A DNA stretch of 64,000 nt from Candidatus Hodarchaeota archaeon (GTDB lineage Archaea; Asgardarchaeota; Heimdallarchaeia; Hodarchaeales; Hodarchaeaceae): contig JAEOTC010000038.1 of assembly GCA_016840035.1 (NCBI GenBank), forward strand, positions 64,001 through 128,000, read 5' to 3'. The notes below the pieces were generated by a model. It was not told the DNA's origin. It saw only the letters and a list, made by a program, of their open reading frames with translations, and searched no databases. Position numbers and translations under genes: made by a program. Below, one piece after another: positions 35,476 through 45,497 of the stretch (positions are counted from its first letter, which is position 1; every line of letters starts with the position of its first letter).

Positions 35476-36393
35476 AAGATTTTCGATTCGCATGTCCATC
35501 TTTGGGGTCTTAGATACTTTAGCGAATATTTAGAATATATTAAGCAATTCGGTATTTGCAAAATAGTGGGAATAGGGGATCGGAAATTAAAACGTAAATT
35601 TGCTTCAAAGGGGCTCAGTGATAATATTGTTTTTTGTAACTACCTGAGCTCTTATGATTTTTTGAAATTTAATATAAAAAAGTTGCTGGATCAGATTGAT
35701 AAGGCTCATGCCACTGGGATTAGCCATCTGAAAATTTTTGTAGGCCCGATGTTTCAATTTTTTACCAGAAATAAATCTTTCTTTAGAATTAATGATTCTA
35801 GATTAGACTCTGTATATTCACAGATAGAAAACTATGATATGACAGTTTTGATACACGTAGCAGATCCAGATATTTCGTACATGAAGAAATACAAGAACAA
35901 ACAAAAATATGGATCGAAAACCGAAAGAATTAATGATTTTTCAGATATGCTCGATAAATTTCCTAAGATTAGAATGATTTCTGCTCATTTAGGATGTTTA
36001 CCAGAAGATGTTGACAAATTAGGAGATTTATTAGAAAGACATCCCCAGCTTTATGTTGATACCGCATCTACTCGTTGGATGATACGTGAGCTTGGAAAAA
36101 ACGTAAGTAGATCTAAAGAATGGTTAGAAAAATATCAAGATAGAATATTATTTGGTTCAGATCTCGGGAATTTCGAATTCAATTTAAAATTCTTCATGAG
36201 TAAGAAGCGTCGTGAATATTACTGGGGTAGTAGGTACTGGTCTCAACGATTATTCTGGGAAACATCTCACCAGACTCCTTTACCCTTTAAGGACAAGGAT
36301 AATCCAGAAGGAACAATTATAAAAGGATTAAATCTGTCAGAATCGACATTAAAAAAATTATATTTTGGAAATGCATCAAAAATTCTAGACTGA
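35476..36393 (+). CDS. Amidohydrolase-family metal-dependent hydrolase (exact start uncertain)
   Basis: In-frame IFDSHVH upstream of the called GTG at 35566; LIHVAD, ISAHLG, YVDTAS, ILFGSD, LYFGNA. Confidence 0.85.
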   Translation, partial: KIFDSHVHLWGLRYFSEYLEYIKQFGICKIVGIGDRKLKRKFASKGLSDNIVFCNYLSSYDFLKFNIKKLLDQIDKAHATGISHLKIFVGPMFQFFTRNKSFFRINDSRLDSVYSQIENYDMTVLIHVADPDISYMKKYKNKQKYGSKTERINDFSDMLDKFPKIRMISAHLGCLPEDVDKLGDLLERHPQLYVDTASTRWMIRELGKNVSRSKEWLEKYQDRILFGSDLGNFEFNLKFFMSKKRREYYWGSRYWSQRLFWETSHQTPLPFKDKDNPEGTIIKGLNLSESTLKKLYFGNASKILD

Positions 36394-36533
36394 TTGGATT
36401 CTCTCTAAAGAAAATTCTGAATGATCTGTTTTCATATTCCTTTATCTGTGCTATTACCTTATAATTTCCTTTTATACCCGAAAATTATACATTGATTCTG
36501 AATTACTCGTGATATATCACTTGTTGATAGTAA

Positions 36534-36941
36534 CTAATTCAGGAAACCTATCATAAGTATTCCTAGACCGAAGCATATTAACGCTGCTAATATCGTAGGT
36601 AGGTCTCTCATCTGCCTAGTTATTATTTCATCAGAATACCGTGTGGGACCACTAGGAGCTCGACCCCATTGTGTTGTCATTACTGCAACACTTTTTGTAC
36701 GCTGAGCGGTAAATGATAACGCCAGAAGGACTATGATCCCAGTAAGTGTCAAAATAGTCGCAAAAGTTAGAAACAAGTCGTGTAAATTTGATGAACTTAG
36801 AACATTTGTGAGGTTTGGTGAACCAAACACGATAAAAATAATAATTGACAATGGAATGTCAAATAATAGAAATTTATTTAGTACTTTGACAACAAGTCGT
36901 ACTACGGATCTAAACTCTCCTCGATCAGGTGTTAAATTCAT
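36534..36941 (-). CDS. Membrane hypothetical protein (3 TM)
   Basis: Three hydrophobic segments. Confidence 0.6.
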   Translation of the reverse strand: MNLTPDRGEFRSVVRLVVKVLNKFLLFDIPLSIIIFIVFGSPNLTNVLSSSNLHDLFLTFATILTLTGIIVLLALSFTAQRTKSVAVMTTQWGRAPSGPTRYSDEIITRQMRDLPTILAALICFGLGILMIGFLN

Positions 36942-37042
36942 TTTGACTCACAATACTCAACGGAGAGAAGTATGGTATATATAATGCCTGATACTGGAAT
37001 CCAATGAGTGAAAGATGATTGTATTTGTTAGTATTTGAGTCT

Positions 37043-37411
37043 TTACTCGAAGAAAAATGCCTTGAATTCAGTATCTTGCTGTAATAGTTCTGTCACCTGG
37101 AGACCTAAAGGTGTTAATTGCCACCCTTTCTCTCCCCGTTCGACTAATCCTATATCTAAAAGTGAGCGACTATACTTCCCAGTTCGAATGTGACTTCTTA
37201 TTGTGTCTAAACCGACCCCTATGATTTTACTCAATCTTTTATAGCCAACGGAGTCACGGTATAATTCGATCAAAATACGTTTTTTCGTACGCCCCAATCG
37301 TTCCATGATTTCCTTCGGATCTTGAGCAATTGCTGAATCTTCAGTATGTTTTATATCATTATTAACATCAGAATTCGATAAATCACTTTTAGGGTCTTCT
37401 TTATCCGCCAT
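37043..37411 (-). CDS. Winged-helix DNA-binding protein
   Basis: RILIEL...YKRLSKIIGVGLDTIRSHI...GLVER...WQLTPLG. Confidence 0.75.
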   Translation of the reverse strand: MADKEDPKSDLSNSDVNNDIKHTEDSAIAQDPKEIMERLGRTKKRILIELYRDSVGYKRLSKIIGVGLDTIRSHIRTGKYSRSLLDIGLVERGEKGWQLTPLGLQVTELLQQDTEFKAFFFE

Positions 37412-37454
37412 ATTGAAATCCCAAAGATACCATTAGTAAAGAATGCGAAATAAT

Positions 37455-37757
37455 TTAGGCTCTTTGAAGTTCAGATCTTCTTGCTCTGGGTCGGCTACGA
37501 ATCCATTTTTTCCCGCATTCTTCACATGTAATTCGGATATCAACCTTCTTGGTAGTTTTTGAGGTCATATTTCGTGAAGCGATTGGTCTTCGAGAATAAC
37601 GTCCATGATTTCCAATTCGAGAAGTCCATCGAGCCATACGTCGACTTCCTTGCCCCATTCCACCTCCACGTTGTTTCGCTTTTTCAAGTTTCACTGCTTG
37701 AACTGTATGTTTATTGCAATGTGGACAGAATGTTCGCATCTTTGCGGGAATTTTCAC
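37455..37757 (-). CDS. rpl44e: Ribosomal protein L44e
   Basis: RTFCPHCNKHT, KTTKKVDIRITCEECG. Confidence 0.95.
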   Translation of the reverse strand: MKIPAKMRTFCPHCNKHTVQAVKLEKAKQRGGGMGQGSRRMARWTSRIGNHGRYSRRPIASRNMTSKTTKKVDIRITCEECGKKWIRSRPRARRSELQRA

Positions 37758-37946
37758 CTTAATTAGCTCCAGTCCGATTACCGTTTTATCCCTTCTGTAA
37801 ATGTAAGAAGGTTGTTAGTAACTCACTTTTTCCCTAATGTTAAAAACTTCTGCTTTTCTGATGACTATTCCCTATATTTTTGTTATTCTGCAGACTCCTG
37901 CGATAGTCCTAAAAAGTTGATGTTGTTCCACTGAATTTGAACTGAC

Positions 37947-39080
37947 TTGCCTTTAGACAAAAAGTACAAAACAATTTTTGAATCAGGGATATTATTAGGG
38001 TCAGCTGTAATCCTAGCGATTATTATATCACTATCATTAGTAGGTTTTCTCGGTAATTCGTCTATGCCCAATGTGGCTGTATCTACATATAGTATGATGC
38101 CGATTTATAAGGGATTTGAAGGTTCAACTACCCTACACCCACTTCAGGGGGATATCCTCTTAGTAAAAAATGTTCCAGCCGAATCTCTGGAAATTGGAGA
38201 TGTGATTGTATTTGATACACCCTCCATTCCTGATCCTGTAGTACATAGGATAATAGCGCGGTGGCAGAATAGTTCAGGTCATTTCTTCTTCAAAACTAAT
38301 GGAGATAACAAAGAAACAAATAAATATCCTGATTCGTGGACTGTTCATGAAAAAGACGTTATTGGCAAGGTTGTCATTCGAATCCCTCATATAGGATGGT
38401 TCCTACTAACTTTACAAACAAATTTAGGTAAAATTTTGATCCTTTCTCTAGCTATTCTGGTTTTATTTGGAGAGGATATCTTTGGTTATCTCGGTCTTAC
38501 AAAGAAAGAGGATAATAACAGCTCTACACGAACCGAACTACAAAAAAATGGGAATTCCGAAGCTAAAAAACCATCCAGATCGTATATTAATATTATAAAA
38601 AGGAAAGAATCAATCTACATATTTTTGGGAACAAGCATATTCCTAATATTTATCTTTAGTAATTTCTTGGCTGGATTCTCGCAGACCCCTTCAATTGATG
38701 TTTTTAAAATCAATGATTCGGCAGAGAGCAATAGTCTTCTAGATTCTTCACCTGATTCACTTATGTCTCTCAATCCTCAAGGGGAATGGACAGAAATAAT
38801 TGAAAATTTTCCACAGAGAGTCTATTTCTATCCAATATTGATTAAGCTTCGATCAGGGGGAATTTTCAATAATATACATTACTTTGAAATTCGTGTTAAC
38901 CAAAATCAAGGTCTTTATAGATGGACAATCGTCAATAATTATATCGGAACCCATACAATAAGCGGGGGAATCATTTCGCAAATAAACGGAACTGTTAACA
39001 TCTCTATTCACTTATATTCAAGAGGTTTGTTTGCAAGCCCAATACAAACGTTTACTTTTCCATTATTTCTTCAAGGTTAG
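37947..39080 (+). CDS. Signal peptidase I (Sec11/SipW type) with C-terminal extension
   Basis: STYSMMP (catalytic Ser), GDILLV, GDVIVF, VVHRI, TNGDN. Confidence 0.88.
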   Translation: MPLDKKYKTIFESGILLGSAVILAIIISLSLVGFLGNSSMPNVAVSTYSMMPIYKGFEGSTTLHPLQGDILLVKNVPAESLEIGDVIVFDTPSIPDPVVHRIIARWQNSSGHFFFKTNGDNKETNKYPDSWTVHEKDVIGKVVIRIPHIGWFLLTLQTNLGKILILSLAILVLFGEDIFGYLGLTKKEDNNSSTRTELQKNGNSEAKKPSRSYINIIKRKESIYIFLGTSIFLIFIFSNFLAGFSQTPSIDVFKINDSAESNSLLDSSPDSLMSLNPQGEWTEIIENFPQRVYFYPILIKLRSGGIFNNIHYFEIRVNQNQGLYRWTIVNNYIGTHTISGGIISQINGTVNISIHLYSRGLFASPIQTFTFPLFLQG

Positions 39081-39090
39081 TGCATTCATC

Positions 39091-39846
39091 ATGGTAAACA
39101 TATGTTATTTAGTTGGTACAGCAGGTTCAGGAAAAACTATGCTGATTTCATCTCTTCAGCAATATCTAAAACAAAAAGGAGCAAGTTTGACAATAGTTAA
39201 CCTTGATCCTGCCGTTCGACATATCCCTTATCAAGCTGATATAGATATAAGAGACTATATTGATTTTGATCAGCTTGTAGATGAATACAAACTTGGACCA
39301 AATGGGGCGTTAATAGCTGCGACTGATCTTGTTGCCGATTACATAAATGATATCAGAGAAAACGTTGAGGAGTTAGGAGAAAGTTCCGATATCGTATTAG
39401 TAGATACTCCGGGTCAAGTGGAACTTTTTGCTTACCGAAACGCGAGTATAAGAATCACCAAGAGCTTTCCAACAGATTCAACTTTACTTGCCTTTTTGTT
39501 TGATTCTGCCTTGGTTTCGAATATTTCAGGCTATTTGTCTGTAAACCTGTTAGCGACTTCTGTACAAATTCGTTTGAACTTACCTATTATTCATGTAATG
39601 TCAAAAACCGATTTACTTAAACCTCATCAAGTTGATGATATTTTGGATTGGAGAGAAAATCCGTATGATGCCATTGATCAGCTATACGGAATGAACCGTG
39701 AATTTGCATTCAAAACTGGCCAAATTTTTGAAGATATGGGCGATATACCCTTAATACCTGTTAGCTCATTGTCTGGAGAAGGATTAGAGCTTCTCAGCGC
39801 TCAATTAAGCAGAACTTTTTCTGCGGGGGATGATTGGTCCATTTAA
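39091..39846 (+). CDS. GPN-loop GTPase
   Basis: GTAGSGKT, NLDPA, LGPNGAL, DTPGQVELF; ATG at 39091 preferred over the upstream TTG. Confidence 0.93.
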   Translation: MVNICYLVGTAGSGKTMLISSLQQYLKQKGASLTIVNLDPAVRHIPYQADIDIRDYIDFDQLVDEYKLGPNGALIAATDLVADYINDIRENVEELGESSDIVLVDTPGQVELFAYRNASIRITKSFPTDSTLLAFLFDSALVSNISGYLSVNLLATSVQIRLNLPIIHVMSKTDLLKPHQVDDILDWRENPYDAIDQLYGMNREFAFKTGQIFEDMGDIPLIPVSSLSGEGLELLSAQLSRTFSAGDDWSI

Positions 39847-39857
39847 TCGCTATTTCT

Positions 39858-40259
39858 CTAGTGTATGGGTCCAGGAAGCATCCAAATTAGAGAAGTAATC
39901 ACGATGAATAACAAGGTGAATGTAAATGTCCCCGAAAAGATTAATCGTTTCTGATCAACTTCTTCAGGAGTAATCCTTAAACCTAGTCTGACAAATGTAA
40001 TGCAAATCCCTAAACCAGAAAGCCAGAAGAGAAACCATGATCCAGGAGAAATTGCAGGAAAAAGGACAAATGTGCTTCCAGTTATTATACCACTGATTGC
40101 ACCGAAAATTACTTTTGTATAATACATCTGAGTGTTGGGAGACAGTCCTTTGAAATTGAAGTTTGATCTTTTCACTGGGGCGCTGATAATTTCATCCTCG
40201 GGCTTTTGACTTATCCTCCGGATCTTCCTCTGACTGATATTTCGTCGTTCTCTTGACAT
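39858..40259 (-). CDS. EMC6/Rab5IP-like 3-TM protein
   Basis: YYTKVIFGAISGIITG and SGTFTFTLLFIVITSLIW align by eye with EMC6 TM1 and TM3. Confidence 0.6.
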   Translation of the reverse strand: MSRERRNISQRKIRRISQKPEDEIISAPVKRSNFNFKGLSPNTQMYYTKVIFGAISGIITGSTFVLFPAISPGSWFLFWLSGLGICITFVRLGLRITPEEVDQKRLIFSGTFTFTLLFIVITSLIWMLPGPIH

Positions 40260-40545
40260 GATTACTTCCTTCTTTATAAAATGTTACAAGTTTCGGTTAA
40301 ATTGAGGAATATTTGAATATACGAATTATGTATACATATTAAGGTCATAAATGACAATAATAGATGATTAGAAACAAAGTTTTAATTTTTGTGAGAGCGG
40401 CTAGTAACTAACTCAGAAGTCAAGAATTAAAGAAATTAAGTTTTAATCTTTAATTATGGATATTCCTTAATACCCATAAAATCACTATTAATATTCGTAG
40501 ACATAATTACTATAATTAGTATGAAATAGTGGGTTGCTTTGAAAA

Positions 40546-41160
40546 ATGAGTTATTCTGGAGAATATTTAGTTAAGCTTGCTAGAAGGACTATTGAGACTT
40601 TTTTAAGAAGCAAAATCAAAATCAAGTCACCCAAAGATGCTCCTTCTGATCTCAAGGATCAATCAGGAGTTTTTGTTACCCTCCACCGTATTGACCAAGG
40701 CGATAAACCAGTTTTAAGGGGGTGTATTGGAAGAATACAGAGCCCAGGAAGTACTCTTATTCAATCTACTATTGATTCAGCAATAGATGCAATAATTCAT
40801 GATTATCGCTTTCCTAATGTCACGTACTCTGAATTAGACAAGATAACCATAGAAGTTACTGTATTATCCATCCCAAAAAAAATCGAAGTAAACGACCCAG
40901 AAGAGTATTTCGACATAATAGAAATTGGTCGTCATGGATTAATTGCGGAGAGGGGTTCAATTCAGCGTGGATTATTGTTACCACAAGTACCTGTTGAACA
41001 GGGGTGGGACATCAAATCATACTTAGATTATGTATGCCAAAAAGCAGGTTTACCATCTAATTCTTGGCAAAATCTCGAAACAGCGATTTCATCCTTCGAG
41101 GGATTTATATTTTCAGAAATTTCTCCCAATGGAGAGATAAAGCCAAAATTAAGTCATTGA
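40546..41160 (+). CDS. AMMECR1-domain protein
   Basis: GVFVTL, LRGCIG, DYRFP, GRHGL, LLLPQVP, CQKAG. Confidence 0.93.
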   Translation: MSYSGEYLVKLARRTIETFLRSKIKIKSPKDAPSDLKDQSGVFVTLHRIDQGDKPVLRGCIGRIQSPGSTLIQSTIDSAIDAIIHDYRFPNVTYSELDKITIEVTVLSIPKKIEVNDPEEYFDIIEIGRHGLIAERGSIQRGLLLPQVPVEQGWDIKSYLDYVCQKAGLPSNSWQNLETAISSFEGFIFSEISPNGEIKPKLSH

Positions 41161-42266
41161 GCTAAGATAATATCGAGTACTTCCCGAATTTTTTTGAGAT
41201 CAAGGTCTTTAGGGAGGGATATTGCGAGTTTAGTTTGGTACTCACAACAAGGAGTATTTGGTAAATTTTCGCAGGAAGGTTCAACTCCATGAAACCCGAA
41301 TTGCATGGGCCGTAAGGCCGTTATGTCCACCTCAGATTCTAGTGTTCTTAAAGCTTCTAAACTGATAAATTCATCATTAAAATTAAATGACGTTGGACTT
41401 ATGATTGCTTGAACAACTTCATCTGACAAGTATTTTCGACAGATTGTTTCACAAATATATTGGCAATAGAAACAAAGATTCTTTCCAGCCTTAAACACGT
41501 CAAATAATGGTTTTAAATCAACGAATGAAAGTACTGGAGAGAAATTTGATTCTACATATCGAACATACTTTTCTTCCGAGCTTTTCTCAGTTTTAAAGAA
41601 CAGAGGAATGATCTTTACTCCTCTCTTCTTCATAAGCCAAGCTGATAAAATTGAGTTAATATTTGGACGAAGTAAAGCTAATGCAGCTCCCTGAGAAGTA
41701 GAGGGTATCCCGTCGATACCATAATTAATCTCTGAATAAATGAATGCTAAATTTCCACGAATATCAAGGAAAATTTCTGTATCTGGGTTAGTAAGATCTA
41801 CACGAAGTCCAAGGATATCAGAATCTAGAATATCACTCCCTAATTTCGCAGCAATCTCCATGGATGAATAGGCGTGTACGCCTTCACGACGTGCCCTCAC
41901 GGCAAAAGTACTCTGAGGTAATAAGTATTTTTTAACTTCCTTTACTCCATTAACCAGGATTTCCTCTTCACTACTCTCACTCACGAAAACTCGGCTTATT
42001 GACGAAATCCCACTGATTTGGCTGGTAATCGTTTTGTCAATTGCTCGAGGGAAGTCATCAGTACTGAATGCAATCAATAGCCGTCCACGGAAATCAACTA
42101 TCGAATAGGATAAATCAAACCTCTCTAAAAGTGAATTAAGATTCGACCGTAGTAAGCTAATCATTCGCCGTCTGGTTCGACGACTTTTGATACCTAACTC
42201 CCCTCCCAATCTAAGCAATAGAACATATCTACCGATTAGATTAGAGTATGGTTGATTGTGCTCCAA
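41154..42266 (-). CDS. ThiI-like THUMP-domain protein with a degenerate PP-loop
   Basis: GELGIKSRRTR, TFAVRARR, VDLTNPD, GIP..SQG; the usual SGGIDS is replaced by RPNINS. Confidence 0.8.
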   Translation of the reverse strand: MEHNQPYSNLIGRYVLLLRLGGELGIKSRRTRRRMISLLRSNLNSLLERFDLSYSIVDFRGRLLIAFSTDDFPRAIDKTITSQISGISSISRVFVSESSEEEILVNGVKEVKKYLLPQSTFAVRARREGVHAYSSMEIAAKLGSDILDSDILGLRVDLTNPDTEIFLDIRGNLAFIYSEINYGIDGIPSTSQGAALALLRPNINSILSAWLMKKRGVKIIPLFFKTEKSSEEKYVRYVESNFSPVLSFVDLKPLFDVFKAGKNLCFYCQYICETICRKYLSDEVVQAIISPTSFNFNDEFISLEALRTLESEVDITALRPMQFGFHGVEPSCENLPNTPCCEYQTKLAISLPKDLDLKKIREVLDIILAQ

Positions 42267-42422
42267 TGTTAACCCAATAGTATTTGGATAAGAGACTTCA
42301 AGGAACTACACATATCATTATTTTGAACAGGACATGAGCGATTCAGAGTAACTATAATCTATCATAGCAAAGCTCATACTTGTCAGGTTTCATCATTACG
42401 CTCATAGACTGTTGGGATCTAT

Positions 42423-42839
42423 TTAATCCTCAATATCAGTGTCGTCTTCTTTGAGTTCCTCTGAAGATCTTATTAATTCAGCCATGGAATATTGTTGATC
42501 AAATTTTTTCCAGATTGAGGAGACTATAACTTCGTCTAAGCCTTTTATCTTCTTTGTGACAACTTTTTTAGCTGCATCTCGCTTCTCTGGTAATTCTGTG
42601 AAACCCCACATAGCTGCTGGAACAGCTTCTGGGTTTTTTTCAATTATATATACTGTACCCTCCTGTTGTTGAAAAGAAAAAAACTGTGGTTGAATAAGTG
42701 GACAATCAGATAGCTTATGCAGTCCAGTAACTGTGAATAGGTGATTACATCTTGTTTTCTCAGGGGATGTAGCAGATGACTTAAATGCGCAATGACCTTT
42801 GTCAAGGTATCTCCATGCTGTAATTAATTCAGTTTTCAT
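42423..42839 (-). CDS. Mak16/L28e-family protein
   Basis: W...GHCAFK...RCNHLFTVTGLH...CPL...GTVYIIEKNPE..PAAMW matches the Mak16 N-terminal pattern (FCS..CRNEYNVTGLC..SCPL..LYLYMKTPE..PAKLW, recalled). Confidence 0.75.
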   Translation of the reverse strand: MKTELITAWRYLDKGHCAFKSSATSPEKTRCNHLFTVTGLHKLSDCPLIQPQFFSFQQQEGTVYIIEKNPEAVPAAMWGFTELPEKRDAAKKVVTKKIKGLDEVIVSSIWKKFDQQYSMAELIRSSEELKEDDTDIED

Positions 42840-42895
42840 TATTGGTCACTTTTTGTTCTTGAAAGTCGATATAATTTCGTATTTGTTGAGATAAT

Positions 42896-42968
42896 AGCCG
42901 CTGGTGGGACTTGAACCCACGGCCAACAGATTACAAGTCTGTCGCTCTACCAACTAAGCCACAGCGGC
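42896..42968 (-). tRNA. tRNA-Thr(TGT), intronless, no encoded CCA
   Basis: GCCGCTG/CAGCGGC acceptor; ACAGA CTTGTAA TCTGT anticodon arm; GTTCAAGTCC. Confidence 0.96.
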
Positions 42969-43180
42969 AAACTCTGCAGTTAAATCTATTTTAAATAATA
43001 GATCTTTGTTGATAGGATGATTAAGTTTGTTTAATTCGGCTTAGGTTTGGATAATAATATAGGGGACATCCTATACACTATTCAACCTACAGGTGGCTTC
43101 TATCTCCACTCCTTTAAACTCCTCTTAAATTTGTTTAAAACATTCTCCAATAAGGGCTAGTCAGAAAGAAGCTATTCTTC

Positions 43181-43651
43181 TTACTCAACCATTAAATAGG
43201 TCTGATTTCTGATAAAAACTGTTTGCAACCCTTTTTTTCTAGCTAATCGTTTCAATTGTTTATCATTAGTAGCAATGACCCCATTGTAACGCTCTCCATA
43301 TTCTAGAAGTATAAAATCAATATTCTTATGGTCATAATCTGTATCCCAAATCTCACATTCTTTATCTACGAAAAAAAGAGCAATTTGAGCCTCTTTTTCT
43401 ACCTTTTTTTTACCAGACTTATTTAATTTTGATAACTCATCGAAAACTGGTTTCAATACCACGAGCTTCCTTTTTTCAGGAAAAACACGATCGAGCTCAA
43501 AGGTTAAATTAAAGCCTTTCATTTGACCCATGGCCATAAGAAAGTTAGTATCAAGAAAAATAGTTTTTACAGAATCTCCAAATGACGAGATTATTGCCCC
43601 GCCCGTTGTTCTTTTCCACCTGTGATAGTTCCCCATCCTATCAAACGCCAT
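43181..43651 (-). CDS. PIN-domain ribonuclease (Fcf1/Utp24-like); true start probably near 43590
   Basis: FLDTNFL, VFDEL, IDFILL, IATNDKQLK; conserved position after aIF2-gamma. Confidence 0.88.
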   Translation of the reverse strand: MAFDRMGNYHRWKRTTGGAIISSFGDSVKTIFLDTNFLMAMGQMKGFNLTFELDRVFPEKRKLVVLKPVFDELSKLNKSGKKKVEKEAQIALFFVDKECEIWDTDYDHKNIDFILLEYGERYNGVIATNDKQLKRLARKKGLQTVFIRNQTYLMVE

Positions 43652-45102
43652 CTCCTGTCAATTTGGCGACTGATCGCAATTCTAATTCCAGTCTCGGCGC
43701 ATACTGGTAACCGTAAGTTCACCGCGATGTTACCTTTTGCAGACATAACAACTTTCCCAACAGTTTTTGCCGTTCCCACGCTAAGCATTAGATTTTCATT
43801 CATCTCGATATTTTGAACCGTACTTTGAGATTCACTCCCCACAACCCTTTCCATGAGGTGTGATTCAAACTCTAGAGTATCCCAACTCGGTGGTAATGAG
43901 TCAGAGTATCCAACAACATGTCCAACTAGCATATCGCTTTTTGTTAGTGCAGGATCAAGATTAGTCCCAATGCCAATTAATCCCCCTGGATGAGCAGTAT
44001 CTAATTCTCCGAAACCAGACCGTAAGCTTACAATCTTCGTATTTAGAAATTTATATTTGTTCCCTCTCCGAACACCTGGTCTAATCTGTATATCATCCCC
44101 CACAGAGAATTTTCCCTGAATTATACTTCCTCCAACAACACCACCTTTGAGTTTTTCAGGTGATTGACCAGGTTTATTGACATCAAATGATCTAGCAATA
44201 AGCATTTGAGGGGATAAATCCGCGTCGCGAGGAGGAGTTGGAAGATTTTCCTCAATACTTTGTATTAATAAATCGATATTTGAGTGGTGAACTGCACTAA
44301 TAGGAATTACTGGAGATTTTTTTGCAGAGGTGGTAGAAATAAACTTTTTTAAATCCTTAAAATTATTGAGGGCTTCTTTTTCAGAGACTAACTCAATTTT
44401 ATTTTGACAGACTATAACCTTCTCCATCCCAATAATGTCCATGGCTGCAAGATGTTCCCGAGTTTGAGGCATAGGCACTCGTTCATTTGTGGCTACAACA
44501 AGGATTGCTCCATCCATGATACTTGCACCAGAAAGCATTGTAGCCATTAATACTTCGTGTCCTGGTGCATCTACAAACGCTACGCGTCTTAGCAGAATAG
44601 TTTCCTTACCACAGTTCGGACATTCTTTTTTTGTTGTATATTTAGTAGGAGCTTTGCAGGTAGGACATTCACGGAATTCTGTTTCTGCGTACCCAAGACG
44701 TATTGAAATTCCTCTTCTGATTTCTTCGCTATGAGTATCAGGGAATTTACCAGTAAGCGCTTGAGTTAATGTGGACTTTCCGTGATCTACATGTCCGATC
44801 ATACCCAAGCTAATCTCTGCCTGATTAGGTGCTGTTTCAACAACTTTCTTTTTTGTAGTGGCTTTTTTCTTAGCTTTACTGGCCGTTTTTGCCTTAGATT
44901 TCTTTGCTTTAGTTGTTGTTGATTTTGCAGTCTTTTTTGTTGCAGCAGGAGCTTTTTTCACCGCGGTTTTCTTCTTTTTTGCTGTAGTTTTCTTTGTAGT
45001 CTTCTTCGTCGTTTTCGACGATTTAGTGGATTCTACCTCTTTTGTCTTGGATGAGGTATCTTCTTTCTTACTTGTAGAAGCTTTCTTCTTTCGCGGTGAC
45101 AT
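43591..45102 (-). CDS. eif2g: Translation initiation factor 2 gamma subunit with a Lys-rich N-terminal extension
   Basis: GHVDHGKST, RGISIRLGYA, Zn knuckle, DAPGHE, QNKIE, RSFDVNKPG, WRLIGWG. Confidence 0.97.
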   Translation of the reverse strand: MSPRKKKASTSKKEDTSSKTKEVESTKSSKTTKKTTKKTTAKKKKTAVKKAPAATKKTAKSTTTKAKKSKAKTASKAKKKATTKKKVVETAPNQAEISLGMIGHVDHGKSTLTQALTGKFPDTHSEEIRRGISIRLGYAETEFRECPTCKAPTKYTTKKECPNCGKETILLRRVAFVDAPGHEVLMATMLSGASIMDGAILVVATNERVPMPQTREHLAAMDIIGMEKVIVCQNKIELVSEKEALNNFKDLKKFISTTSAKKSPVIPISAVHHSNIDLLIQSIEENLPTPPRDADLSPQMLIARSFDVNKPGQSPEKLKGGVVGGSIIQGKFSVGDDIQIRPGVRRGNKYKFLNTKIVSLRSGFGELDTAHPGGLIGIGTNLDPALTKSDMLVGHVVGYSDSLPPSWDTLEFESHLMERVVGSESQSTVQNIEMNENLMLSVGTAKTVGKVVMSAKGNIAVNLRLPVCAETGIRIAISRQIDRRWRLIGWGTITGGKEQRAGQ

Positions 45103-45122
45103 ATGAATCCTCGAATTTTATT

Positions 45123-45497
45123 TTAAAGTAATTCTTCTATAGGGCTGCTGCCTCTTTCAGTAATCTTCAGGTTAATCTGATAAATATCTTCACTAATCAG
45201 GGAGCCTCGGACACGTTTCCGTCTTCTCCTTCCTTTCCGTTTAGGTTTGTATCCTACTCCTCTATGACCAATGAGTATTCGTTTTGGCATTGCACCATCT
45301 ACACCAGGAGCCATTGGAAATCCAGAATGATCAGAACCGCCTGTGATCTTGAATTTATATCCTTCAAAACCGATAATTGAACCTTCTAGCTCATCACCAA
45401 CGGACATTCCGATTAGTGGACGAGTCATAGAGTCCTCATCTATTTCTTTCTTGTAGCTCTGTTTCTCATCAGCTAAATTTATTTGAAATCGAACCAT
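45123..45497 (-). CDS. rps6e: Ribosomal protein S6e
   Basis: FKITGGSDHSGFPM, RRRKRVRG. Confidence 0.96.
   Translation of the reverse strand: MVRFQINLADEKQSYKKEIDEDSMTRPLIGMSVGDELEGSIIGFEGYKFKITGGSDHSGFPMAPGVDGAMPKRILIGHRGVGYKPKRKGRRRRKRVRGSLISEDIYQINLKITERGSSPIEELL

Noticed and set aside
44858-45106. Hydrophobic 82-aa plus-strand ORF resembling a membrane protein
   Set aside because: Antisense of the Lys-rich aIF2-gamma tail; AAA codons read as TTT (Phe) on the other strand
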